Below, in pieces: positions 29,175-37,253 of a stretch of 64,000 nt of DNA. The number at the start of each line of letters is the position of its first letter. The first letter of the stretch is position 1. The DNA is from Clostridia bacterium (lineage in GTDB: Bacteria > Bacillota > Clostridia > UMGS1810). The stretch spans positions 70,310-134,309 of the forward strand of contig JAGATB010000033.1 of assembly GCA_017621495.1 (NCBI GenBank). Direction: 5' to 3'. The position numbers and the translations under genes were made by a program. A model generated the notes under the pieces. That model did not search any database. It was given only the letters and a program-made list of their open reading frames with translations, and was not told the DNA's origin.

Positions 29175-29557
29175 ACGCCGAAATGGTTTACATAATATAT
29201 TTAAGGGCAATATTTATTAATATAAAAAGCGACGATTTTTGTGTCGTTCGAGACACAAAATGATGTTTTAACTTTTATTTTAACATATTTTCATGGACGA
29301 AACACTATATATAGATATTGAGAAAGGGGGCGACACTACATATTGTTTAAAAAATAAGCTAAATTTTGTTTATTGTGCACAAAATTATTTAATTTTGTAA
29401 TAATTTCGTAATCAGAGGTTAATATACTAAGAACCTCGAAAACTTAGTGTTGGTCTGTTTTTGGACGATGTTTGGTCAAAAAAAGCGAAGAATGTTGGAT
29501 GTGTCAAAAAACAGTAATTTTTTTGTTTAAGATGCACAACGAAAAAATGACCCGGAT

Positions 29558-29586
29558 TTGACAAAAATGATTTTTTGCCATAAAAT
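29558..29586 (+). promoter_or_regulatory. Sigma-A promoter of the 3D-domain gene
   Basis: TTGACA (29558-29563), a 17-nt spacer, then TAAAAT (29581-29586). Confidence 0.6.
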
Positions 29587-29625
29587 GAACGACGAACGCT
29601 AAAAAAATCTATTAAGGAGGAAATT

Positions 29626-30738
29626 ATGTTTTCAGATTTTGTTTCAAACATTATGTCAAAACTAAATACGTCTGAGCATAAACATCGCCACGATAGAAAT
29701 ATTTATGATGTGTTTAAAAAGGTGATTAAATTCAGAAAAGGAGTTGCCACGGTATTCACGGTTCTGTTTTCATTTGCTGTAACAGTTTCTTACGCTTCTC
29801 CGCAGTATTTTGAAGTAGCAATTGTTGATGGCGATAATTTTTATGAATTGACATCACCCAGAACGACGGTTGCAGATTTACTTGCAAATTCCGGTATTGA
29901 GATTTCTAAGTATGATATCGTTTCACCGGAGCTTGACAATTATATCTTGTCTTCACAGACGGTCGTTGTTCAAAGAGTAAACAAAGTGAGCGTATCCATT
30001 GCAGGCGAGACCAAGGATTACTTTACCACAGTAGACACGGTCGGAGAGTTCCTTGACGAGAAGGGGATTGATGTTAACTATCACGATATAGTCAGTCTTC
30101 CCATGGAGCACGAGCTTGGCAGTGATACCCAACTGGAGATTGTAAGAGTAGTTAAGCGTATTGTTAAGGTTGAGACAGAGATTCCTTTCGAGACCAAAAC
30201 AGTTCGTGACACATCAATGAGTATTTCAGACAGCAGGATTGTTACAGAAGGTGTAACAGGAATTGACTGTCAGACATATGAGGTTCTCATGCACGATGGT
30301 GTTGAGGTTAGCCGTGAGCTTATCTCTACAGAGCGTACCAGAGAACCCGTAAATGAGGTCAAAGCTGTAGGTACGAGGGGCGGCAAGGTAACTGATAAAG
30401 GTGACGATTTCAGCTATTCAAAGCTTATCACTTGTAACGCAACAGCATATGACTTATCATTCCAAAGTTGTGGCAAGAGGCCGGGAGACAGAGGCTACGG
30501 TATCACCGCATCGGGCACACATGCTCAGTATGGTACGGTTGCTGTTGACCCCAGGGTCATACCCCTCGGAACCAGAATGTTTATTGAGTCCGCAGACGGC
30601 AGCTTTGTATATGGTTACTGTGTAGCCGAAGATACAGGCGGAGCCATCAAGGGCAATAAGGTTGACTTATTCTTCAATACCAACAGCGAATGTATGCAGT
30701 TTGGCAGAAGAAATGTTAATGTCTATATTTTAGATTAA
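29626..30738 (+). CDS. Cell-wall-associated protein with DUF348 repeats, a G5 domain and a C-terminal 3D (MltA-like) domain (YabE/Rpf-like)
   Basis: An N-terminal TM anchor is present. Repeated ...TVADLLANSGIEI / TVGEFLDEKGIDV ubiquitin-like segments are followed by a G5-like middle region. The C-terminus is ATAYDLSFQSCGKRPGDRGYGITASG...VAVDPRVIPLGTRMFIE...AEDTGGAIKGNKVDLFF. Confidence 0.85.
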   Translation: MFSDFVSNIMSKLNTSEHKHRHDRNIYDVFKKVIKFRKGVATVFTVLFSFAVTVSYASPQYFEVAIVDGDNFYELTSPRTTVADLLANSGIEISKYDIVSPELDNYILSSQTVVVQRVNKVSVSIAGETKDYFTTVDTVGEFLDEKGIDVNYHDIVSLPMEHELGSDTQLEIVRVVKRIVKVETEIPFETKTVRDTSMSISDSRIVTEGVTGIDCQTYEVLMHDGVEVSRELISTERTREPVNEVKAVGTRGGKVTDKGDDFSYSKLITCNATAYDLSFQSCGKRPGDRGYGITASGTHAQYGTVAVDPRVIPLGTRMFIESADGSFVYGYCVAEDTGGAIKGNKVDLFFNTNSECMQFGRRNVNVYILD

Positions 30739-31796
30739 TTTTTATGAGAAGAGGGACTTAGTTTCCCTCTTCTTTTATTTACGCACATGTATGCACATAT
30801 GCACATTACAGTTGCTGCGCATATGACTAAGCCCCATACTCTCATACTTTTCAGCGGAAGCATGCATACTATATCGTCCGTATGTCCTGATACAGTATAT
30901 ACCAATACAGCAGATGCCACAGCTATATAAGCTCGTGTCAGATAATACTTTTTCATCGACAGATTTGTTTCTTTAATTACGCTTTTTACCTGCATATGTA
31001 CAGATAGTCCCGACCATCCGAGTGCTGCTGCTATTAGCGCAAGCTTTGTATCCAATACATGAATGTGTGAAGCAGTGTAGGTTATAGAGTTGGTAATTTC
31101 TATAATACCGGTAAAAATGCATCTGAGCCATACAGGCAATACATTCATGCATGGCATTATAAGAGTGTTAATCACTGCAAAAAATATTATAAATCCGCAT
31201 ACGTTAATCACGTTTACGCTGCTTTCACATATGGCTTCTGTAAAAGTCTTTTTGTGATGCTTACTCTGTGATATTATGGACTTTGAGTATGTGTAGGGCT
31301 TTAGGAGTAAAGCTGCAGACAATGCGCATATTACATGAATCGTATACAGCAGTATTCCTGCTTTCATGGAGTGAAGTATGGAGCACCCTGCCGCACCGAT
31401 TATAAACAAAGGACCGGAATTATTGGCATACGCAAGCAAACTTTCTGCTTCCGAGCGTGATATCCTGCCGCTAAGGTACAATTCGGCGGTGCACTTGGCA
31501 CCTATGGGATATCCGCATACTATACCGCATATGAATGCGGCTGCGGAATAATTACTTATGCCAAATACCTTTTTCAGTGCTTTTGAAATATATCTGAAGG
31601 ATTTATCTGTTATACTGCCCACAAAAAGTGACGACAATACCATAAAGGGAAATAAAGAGGGTATAATAGTCGAGAAGCATAAGACAAGTGCTCCTTTTGC
31701 TGCATCTATTACTTGCACAGAATTAAATATCAGTGCAAGCATAATCGTAAAAATACCAAAAGTTTTTAAAGAATTATTAATTTTAAAATTTATCAT
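30735..31796 (-). CDS. ylbJ: Sporulation integral membrane protein YlbJ-like (nucleoside-recognition/Gate domain)
   Basis: A polytopic membrane protein. The N-terminus MINFKINNSLKTFGIFTIMLALIF...IIPSLFPFMVLSSL resembles YlbJ. The start is at the SD-supported ATG 31796. Confidence 0.65.
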   Translation of the reverse strand: MINFKINNSLKTFGIFTIMLALIFNSVQVIDAAKGALVLCFSTIIPSLFPFMVLSSLFVGSITDKSFRYISKALKKVFGISNYSAAAFICGIVCGYPIGAKCTAELYLSGRISRSEAESLLAYANNSGPLFIIGAAGCSILHSMKAGILLYTIHVICALSAALLLKPYTYSKSIISQSKHHKKTFTEAICESSVNVINVCGFIIFFAVINTLIMPCMNVLPVWLRCIFTGIIEITNSITYTASHIHVLDTKLALIAAALGWSGLSVHMQVKSVIKETNLSMKKYYLTRAYIAVASAVLVYTVSGHTDDIVCMLPLKSMRVWGLVICAATVMCICAYMCVNKRRGKLSPSSHKN

Positions 31797-31860
31797 ACCA
31801 AACCTCCACATATATCAAACTTTATCTTCATAAAGTATTTTATGATGGAGGTTTTTTCAT

Positions 31861-32151
31861 ATGTCTGTACTTGATAAAATTAAAGATATAACCGATACTG
31901 TGGAGGCACTGACAAAGGAGAACACTGTAGTCACGATTACAGGAGATGTTCATATGATTATTGAAAATTACATTTCCATTAAGCTTTTTAGTGAAGATAA
32001 ACTTTTGGTGGAATTAGATGGATTTGATTTGCTGGTGTCAGGCAAAGGACTTGTGATAGAATTTTTTTCACCATCCAGACTGGTACTTACCGGTACCATA
32101 AAAAATATTTCATATCTGTCAGACGGCTCAGAGCCTTGGGAGGAATTATGA
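31861..32151 (+). CDS. yqfC: Sporulation protein YqfC
   Basis: 96 aa, with the motifs VTITGDVHMIIENYISI and GKGLVIEFFS. It lies in conserved synteny with yqfD-phoH-ybeY. Confidence 0.85.
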   Translation: MSVLDKIKDITDTVEALTKENTVVTITGDVHMIIENYISIKLFSEDKLLVELDGFDLLVSGKGLVIEFFSPSRLVLTGTIKNISYLSDGSEPWEEL

Positions 32152-33359
32152 GCGCAAGATCGTGGAAGAATACGGTTACAATCAGAATAACAGAAAAAAA
32201 TTTCGAGAAATTTTTAAACGAATGTCGATGTGAGAATATTTTAATCACAGATATCAGCAAAGATTCATGCGGATATCTGTGCTCCATGTCATTTAAGAGC
32301 TTTAAGAGGATAAGAAAAGCCGCCCGTATGTCGGGAGTGAGGATATCTATAGTACACAAGCAAGGCGCAGGCTATTTTGTGCGTATGCACAAAAAGCGCT
32401 ATGGATTTTATGCCGGTGCATTGATATCTGTTTTGTTGCTCGTATATCTCACATCATGTATTTGGGTTGTAGAGGTGGTAGGCAATGAGGCTACACCTAC
32501 ACAAGAAATTTTAAGTGTCCTTAATGATAACGGAATTGGTATAGGCAAGCTGAGATACGGAAAAGATATATCATACATCAAAAATAAAAGCTTGATTGAG
32601 CTTGACAGCCTTTCATGGCTATGGGTAACTGTCGAAGGTACGCGAGCTGTTGTAGAAGTACGGGAAAGTACACCCGGTTTGGAAATTTTAAATACGGATA
32701 TTCCTCATAATCTTGTAGCTTCTCACTCCGGTCTCATAACCGACATGCAGGTTAAATACGGTCAAAAGGTCGTCGCCAGAGACTCTGTTGTGTCGGAGGG
32801 GGATTTATTGGTCACGGGTGTTTGCACCACCAAAACCCGTGGCAACAGATACGTCAACGCATATGGTACGGTCACAGCCCGTACATGGCGAACCAAAAGC
32901 GGTGAATACCACCATACTGCAAGACACGAAATTAAAACAGGGAGCAGGCAGATAAAACGAAGTATACAGGTGTTTGGCAAAAAAATTAAGTTGTATACTG
33001 ATTCAAAACCGGACTTTAAGCATTATACAAAACAAACAAAAATTAAACAAATAAAACTTTTTAAAAATATTTATTTGCCTTTATCCTTTACAACTGACGA
33101 ATTTTGTGAGATAATAATAGAAAATGAGATTTTGTCGGATGATGTTGTTGCTTCACAGGCGGCAGACTTCCTTACCGATGAAATTAAAAAAGAGCGTTCC
33201 GATGATGCAGTCACTATAAACAGGACCTACAGCTATGAAGAATTAAGAAACGGCAATCTGTATGTTACCGTCACCCTCGAGAGTGAGGAGAACATAGCAA
33301 GACCCGTTAAAATAGAAGTTGATACCACGGAGGAAGATGCAAGTGGAGAAAGTAATTGA
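32148..33359 (+). CDS. yqfD: Stage IV sporulation protein YqfD
   Basis: About 400 aa with a single central TM (FYAGALISVLLLVYLTSCIWVVEV). Synteny supports the call. The ATG at 32148 follows GGGAGGA. Confidence 0.85.
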   Translation: MSARSWKNTVTIRITEKNFEKFLNECRCENILITDISKDSCGYLCSMSFKSFKRIRKAARMSGVRISIVHKQGAGYFVRMHKKRYGFYAGALISVLLLVYLTSCIWVVEVVGNEATPTQEILSVLNDNGIGIGKLRYGKDISYIKNKSLIELDSLSWLWVTVEGTRAVVEVRESTPGLEILNTDIPHNLVASHSGLITDMQVKYGQKVVARDSVVSEGDLLVTGVCTTKTRGNRYVNAYGTVTARTWRTKSGEYHHTARHEIKTGSRQIKRSIQVFGKKIKLYTDSKPDFKHYTKQTKIKQIKLFKNIYLPLSFTTDEFCEIIIENEILSDDVVASQAADFLTDEIKKERSDDAVTINRTYSYEELRNGNLYVTVTLESEENIARPVKIEVDTTEEDASGESN

Positions 33360-34314
33360 ATTTGACAGTATTGATAAAATAATATCCGTATTCGGTGAGT
33401 ATGATAAAAACGTTAAGCTCATATCCTCAGAGTTTGGCGTAGATATCATAAGCCGGGGCGAGAAAATTAAAATTACCGGAAGTGAAGCCGGTGTTCATAT
33501 GACATCAAAGGTTATTGAGCACCTTATACAGCTTCTTAACAACGGCGATTCATTAAATGACCAAAATGTAAGCTACGCTATAGACAGTGCCAAGGACGGC
33601 GTAGACCCCGGAGAGCTTTACGGCAGCGACTGTGTATGCATTACCGCTAAGGGTAAGCCTGTTAAAAGCAAAACCCTGGGGCAGAAATCATATGTAGATG
33701 CCATAAAAACTAATACCATAACCTTTGGTATAGGACCTGCAGGTACCGGTAAGACATATCTTGCAGTTGCTATGGCTGTGAAAGCATTTAAGAACAAAGA
33801 GGTCTCCAGGATTATCCTTACACGTCCTGCGGTGGAAGCAGGAGAGAAGCTTGGATTTCTTCCCGGCGATTTGCAAAACAAAGTAGACCCTTATCTCAGA
33901 CCATTATACGATGCGTTGTATGAGATGTTTGGTATGGAGAGCTTCATGCGTCTGTCAGAGAAGGGAGCTATAGAGGTAGCGCCGCTTGCCTATATGCGAG
34001 GCAGGACACTTGATGATAGCTTTATAATTCTGGACGAAGCTCAAAATACCACCCCAGAACAAATGAAGATGTTTCTTACTCGTATAGGATTTAATTCCAA
34101 GGCTATAGTTACAGGCGACATTACTCAGATAGATTTGCCCGACGGCAAGAAAAGTGGCTTAAGAGACGTAATACACGTGCTTAAAAATATAGATGACATA
34201 GCATTTTGTTATTTTACCGAGCGTGATGTAGTGAGACATCGCCTTGTACAAAAGATTATCAAAGCATATGAAAAAAGAGATTCCGCATACAGAAGAAAGG
34301 CAGATGATAAATGA
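33337..34314 (+). CDS. phoH: PhoH-family ATPase
   Basis: Walker A GPAGTGKTYLAVA, plus ILTRPAVEAGEKLGFLPGD and IILDEAQNTT. The start is uncertain: ATG 33337, or GTG 33343 with better SD spacing. Confidence 0.9.
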   Translation: MQVEKVIEFDSIDKIISVFGEYDKNVKLISSEFGVDIISRGEKIKITGSEAGVHMTSKVIEHLIQLLNNGDSLNDQNVSYAIDSAKDGVDPGELYGSDCVCITAKGKPVKSKTLGQKSYVDAIKTNTITFGIGPAGTGKTYLAVAMAVKAFKNKEVSRIILTRPAVEAGEKLGFLPGDLQNKVDPYLRPLYDALYEMFGMESFMRLSEKGAIEVAPLAYMRGRTLDDSFIILDEAQNTTPEQMKMFLTRIGFNSKAIVTGDITQIDLPDGKKSGLRDVIHVLKNIDDIAFCYFTERDVVRHRLVQKIIKAYEKRDSAYRRKADDK

Positions 34315-34799
34315 TGCAGATTGCAATCGATATACTAAATGAACAGGATAAAATCACCATCACTGAAGATTGTGTTAAGCTTATAGAAGATGTTATAAGA
34401 GCCGCCCTTGCTCACGAAGGATTTAACAGGGATTGTTTTGTAAGCGTTACACTTACAGACAATGATAATATCAGGATTATAAACAACGAACAACGTGCTA
34501 TAGACAGTGCTACAGATGTTCTCAGCTTCCCTGTGCTTGAATTTGAAAACGGGGAAATTGTAGAAAATATAGGCGATTATTACGAAGATAAGCTTATTCT
34601 TGGTGATATAGTTCTCTCTGTGGAAAGGGCAGAGGAGCAAAGAATTGAATTTGGTCATTCATTTGACAGAGAGCTGGGTTATCTTATCTGTCACAGTGTA
34701 CTGCATCTTTTGGGCTATGACCATGAAAACGATGCCGAACGTGAAATAATGCGTTCCAAGGAGGAGGAAACTCTTGAAACACTGTCGCTTACGAGATAG
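34311..34799 (+). CDS. ybeY: rRNA maturation endoribonuclease YbeY
   Basis: The zinc motif is HSVLHLLGYDHE. The ATGA overlaps the phoH stop. Confidence 0.92.
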   Translation: MMQIAIDILNEQDKITITEDCVKLIEDVIRAALAHEGFNRDCFVSVTLTDNDNIRIINNEQRAIDSATDVLSFPVLEFENGEIVENIGDYYEDKLILGDIVLSVERAEEQRIEFGHSFDRELGYLICHSVLHLLGYDHENDAEREIMRSKEEETLETLSLTR

Positions 34800-35256
34800 A
34801 AGCTTCTGGGGCTTCAAATACGCCTTCAAAGGTATATGGCGTACGCTCTGCACAGAGAGCCATTTTCGGTTTCATATATCCGCTGCTGTAGGTACGGTTA
34901 TGTTTACCGAGTATTTTAAGCTCAGCAGAGCCGATTATATGTTTTTAGCTTTGGCGATTACACTGATGCTTGCAAGTGAGCTTGTAAACACAGCCTTGGA
35001 AAATACGGTTGACCTGTGTGCGGATGAGTACCGTCCCAAGGCAGAGATTGCCAAGGATGCTGCGGCAGGCTTTGTGCTGATATGTGCGTTTTTTGCACTG
35101 GCGGTAGCTGCAATGCTGTTTTTGAAACCAAACCTTATTGCATCATTGGCTCACATATTTACAAGACCTAAATACCTGGTATATTTTATTCTGACTGTAA
35201 TTTTTATAAGAGGCGGTTTTTTACATATCGATAAGGAGAAGAGAAATGGAAAATAA
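34774..35256 (+). CDS. dgkA: Diacylglycerol/undecaprenol kinase (DgkA family)
   Basis: Motifs FKYAFKGIWRTL and SELVNTALENTVD, with three TM segments. TTG start 7 nt after AGGAGGAGG. Confidence 0.85.
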   Translation: MKHCRLRDRSFWGFKYAFKGIWRTLCTESHFRFHISAAVGTVMFTEYFKLSRADYMFLALAITLMLASELVNTALENTVDLCADEYRPKAEIAKDAAAGFVLICAFFALAVAAMLFLKPNLIASLAHIFTRPKYLVYFILTVIFIRGGFLHIDKEKRNGK

Positions 35257-36148
35257 CTTTAAATCAGGATACGTAGGCATAGTCGGTAAACCAAACGTAG
35301 GTAAATCCACGATTTTAAATAAGCTTGTAGGTCAGAAAATAGCTATCATATCACCCAAACCCCAAACCACACGCAATAAAATCCTGGGAATTCTTCACGG
35401 TGAGGGATATCAGGCGGTATTTTTGGATACGCCGGGATTTCACAAGCCCAGAACAAAGCTTGGCGAAAACATGGTCAAAGCCGTAAACGAGGCTATAGGT
35501 GATGTGGATTTGATTATGCTGGTAGTGGAGCCCAATACGGAGATTGCACCTGCAGAGCAGGCGATTATAGATAAACTGGGCGATATCCCTGCAATACTGG
35601 TTATAAATAAGACCGATACCGTTAAGAGGGATGAGCTTCTAAACGTAATTGCACTATACAGCCAAAAGTACAATTTCTGTGATATAGTTCCGGTGAGTGC
35701 ACGCACCGGAGAAAACCTGGACGAGCTTAAATCCGTAATTAATCAAAACCTCACAGAAGGTCCTATGTACTATCCCGAGGATATGGTAACCGACCAGCAG
35801 GAAAAGGAGATAGTAGCGGAGCTTATCCGTGAAAAAATGCTCAAATGTTTAAGAGACGAGATTCCTCACGGTACTGCCGTTGAGATTGTAAAAATGAAGT
35901 ACACTAAGTCCGATAAAGGTGATATGTACAATATTAGTGCAAATATTTTTTGTGAAAAAAATTCCCACAAAGGTATAATTATAGGCAAAGGCGGCAAGAC
36001 CTTAAAGGATATCGGCACTGCTGCCAGGATTGATTGTGAAAAAATGCTTGATGCCAAAGTTTACCTTGAGCTTTGGGTTAAGGTAAAAGAGGATTGGCGT
36101 AATTCCAATAACCTTATGAAGGAGCTTGGTATAATCGAACAGTCATAA
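35246..36148 (+). CDS. era: GTPase Era
   Basis: G1 GKPNVGKST, G3 DTPG and G4 NKTD. The C-terminal KH domain has IIIGKGGKTLKDIG. Confidence 0.93.
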   Translation: MENNFKSGYVGIVGKPNVGKSTILNKLVGQKIAIISPKPQTTRNKILGILHGEGYQAVFLDTPGFHKPRTKLGENMVKAVNEAIGDVDLIMLVVEPNTEIAPAEQAIIDKLGDIPAILVINKTDTVKRDELLNVIALYSQKYNFCDIVPVSARTGENLDELKSVINQNLTEGPMYYPEDMVTDQQEKEIVAELIREKMLKCLRDEIPHGTAVEIVKMKYTKSDKGDMYNISANIFCEKNSHKGIIIGKGGKTLKDIGTAARIDCEKMLDAKVYLELWVKVKEDWRNSNNLMKELGIIEQS

Positions 36149-36218
36149 AATCTTCCAACATATTAAGACATAATGTGCGTAAACTAAGATTATCAATCAA
36201 AGAAGGGGAGAGTACATT

Positions 36219-36353
36219 ATGTGGTGGGATATGTTTACCAATTACGGGTATGTGGAGCTGTATATACTCTACAGACTCATGCAAAATCAGGAGGCACAAA
36301 ATGCAGGAGATGAAAACGGCGGGACTCATATTGACCGCGGCAAATTTGAATGA
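36219..36353 (+). CDS. Small YqzL-like protein (44 aa), missing from the ORF track because of the length cutoff
   Basis: ATG 36219 lies 8 nt after AAGGGGAG. The product is MWWDMFTNYGYVELYILYRLMQNQEAQNAGDENGGTHIDRGKFE. Its position between era and recO matches B. subtilis yqzL. Its 3' end overlaps the recO start in another frame. Confidence 0.5.
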   Translation: MWWDMFTNYGYVELYILYRLMQNQEAQNAGDENGGTHIDRGKFE

Positions 36354-37077
36354 CAATGATAAAATATTTACCATTCAGACCCGTGATGCCGGGAAGGTGA
36401 CAGCCATATCAAAGGGCATACGGTCGCACAAACACAAGGATTTTGCAGCACTTCAGAACTTTTGCTACAGCGATATGGTGCTATCTAAAAAAACGGGACT
36501 GTACTATGTGTCATCGGCTTCGGTAATCAATAATTTTTTCGGTATACGTAATTCAGTAGAGCAGATGTCTTTTGCTGCTTATTTCGCAGACGTTATAAAG
36601 AGCTTTCCGGAGGAGCTTCCGCTGGAGGATGATTATTTTAATTTTGTATTAAATACACTTTATCTTACGGGCAAAGCAGAGCAAAAATGCAAAGACGGCG
36701 ACATTACGGAATATCTGCTGCGACTAAAATCCGTTTTTGAATTTAAAACTGTATGCTTTGCCGGCTTAATGCCCTCTGTTACCGAGTGTGAGTCCTGTGG
36801 CAGCAAGAAGGATATCGAGTATTTTGATACCTCAAGCGGAGGCGTTATATGTAAAAACTGCCATATCTCATCTGCGGGAGACCTTATCAGGGTGACACCA
36901 ACCGTACTTAAGCTGCTGAATTTTCTGTGCAATGCGGATTATAAGTCTGTTTTTGCCTATAACGGGCAAGAGTCAGATGTTAAGATAATCTCTCATATAA
37001 CGGAAGCTTATATGATTAATTCGCTGGAAATGTATCCTGCGAGCCTTACATACTTAAAAAACACCGTTTCGGGATAA
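36301..37077 (+). CDS. recO: DNA repair protein RecO
   Basis: The OB-fold N-terminus is KTAGLILTAANLNDNDKIFTIQT. The zinc motif is CESCGS...CKNC. The start is at the SD-supported ATG 36301 (CAGGAGG). Confidence 0.88.
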   Translation: MQEMKTAGLILTAANLNDNDKIFTIQTRDAGKVTAISKGIRSHKHKDFAALQNFCYSDMVLSKKTGLYYVSSASVINNFFGIRNSVEQMSFAAYFADVIKSFPEELPLEDDYFNFVLNTLYLTGKAEQKCKDGDITEYLLRLKSVFEFKTVCFAGLMPSVTECESCGSKKDIEYFDTSSGGVICKNCHISSAGDLIRVTPTVLKLLNFLCNADYKSVFAYNGQESDVKIISHITEAYMINSLEMYPASLTYLKNTVSG

Positions 37078-37253
37078 AAATAATGTTTTAAAATTTGTCT
37101 AAATGGTGACAATTTTTAGTGCATGTCTAACAAAAATGCTAAAAAATCACCAAACTATTAAAAAAATATTAAAAAACACTGGAATTTTATGCCGTTTTGT
37201 TATAAAATAGACGGTGTGAATAAATCAGATTATTTTAATGGAGGTATATGAAA

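Noticed and set aside
29175-29625. A cyclic-di-AMP (ydaO-type) riboswitch upstream of the 3D-domain wall protein
   Set aside because: The region is extremely AT-rich. It lacks the G/C-rich conserved ydaO cores (for example ACCCG or CCGCC-type segments), and the best promoter leaves only about a 30-nt leader.
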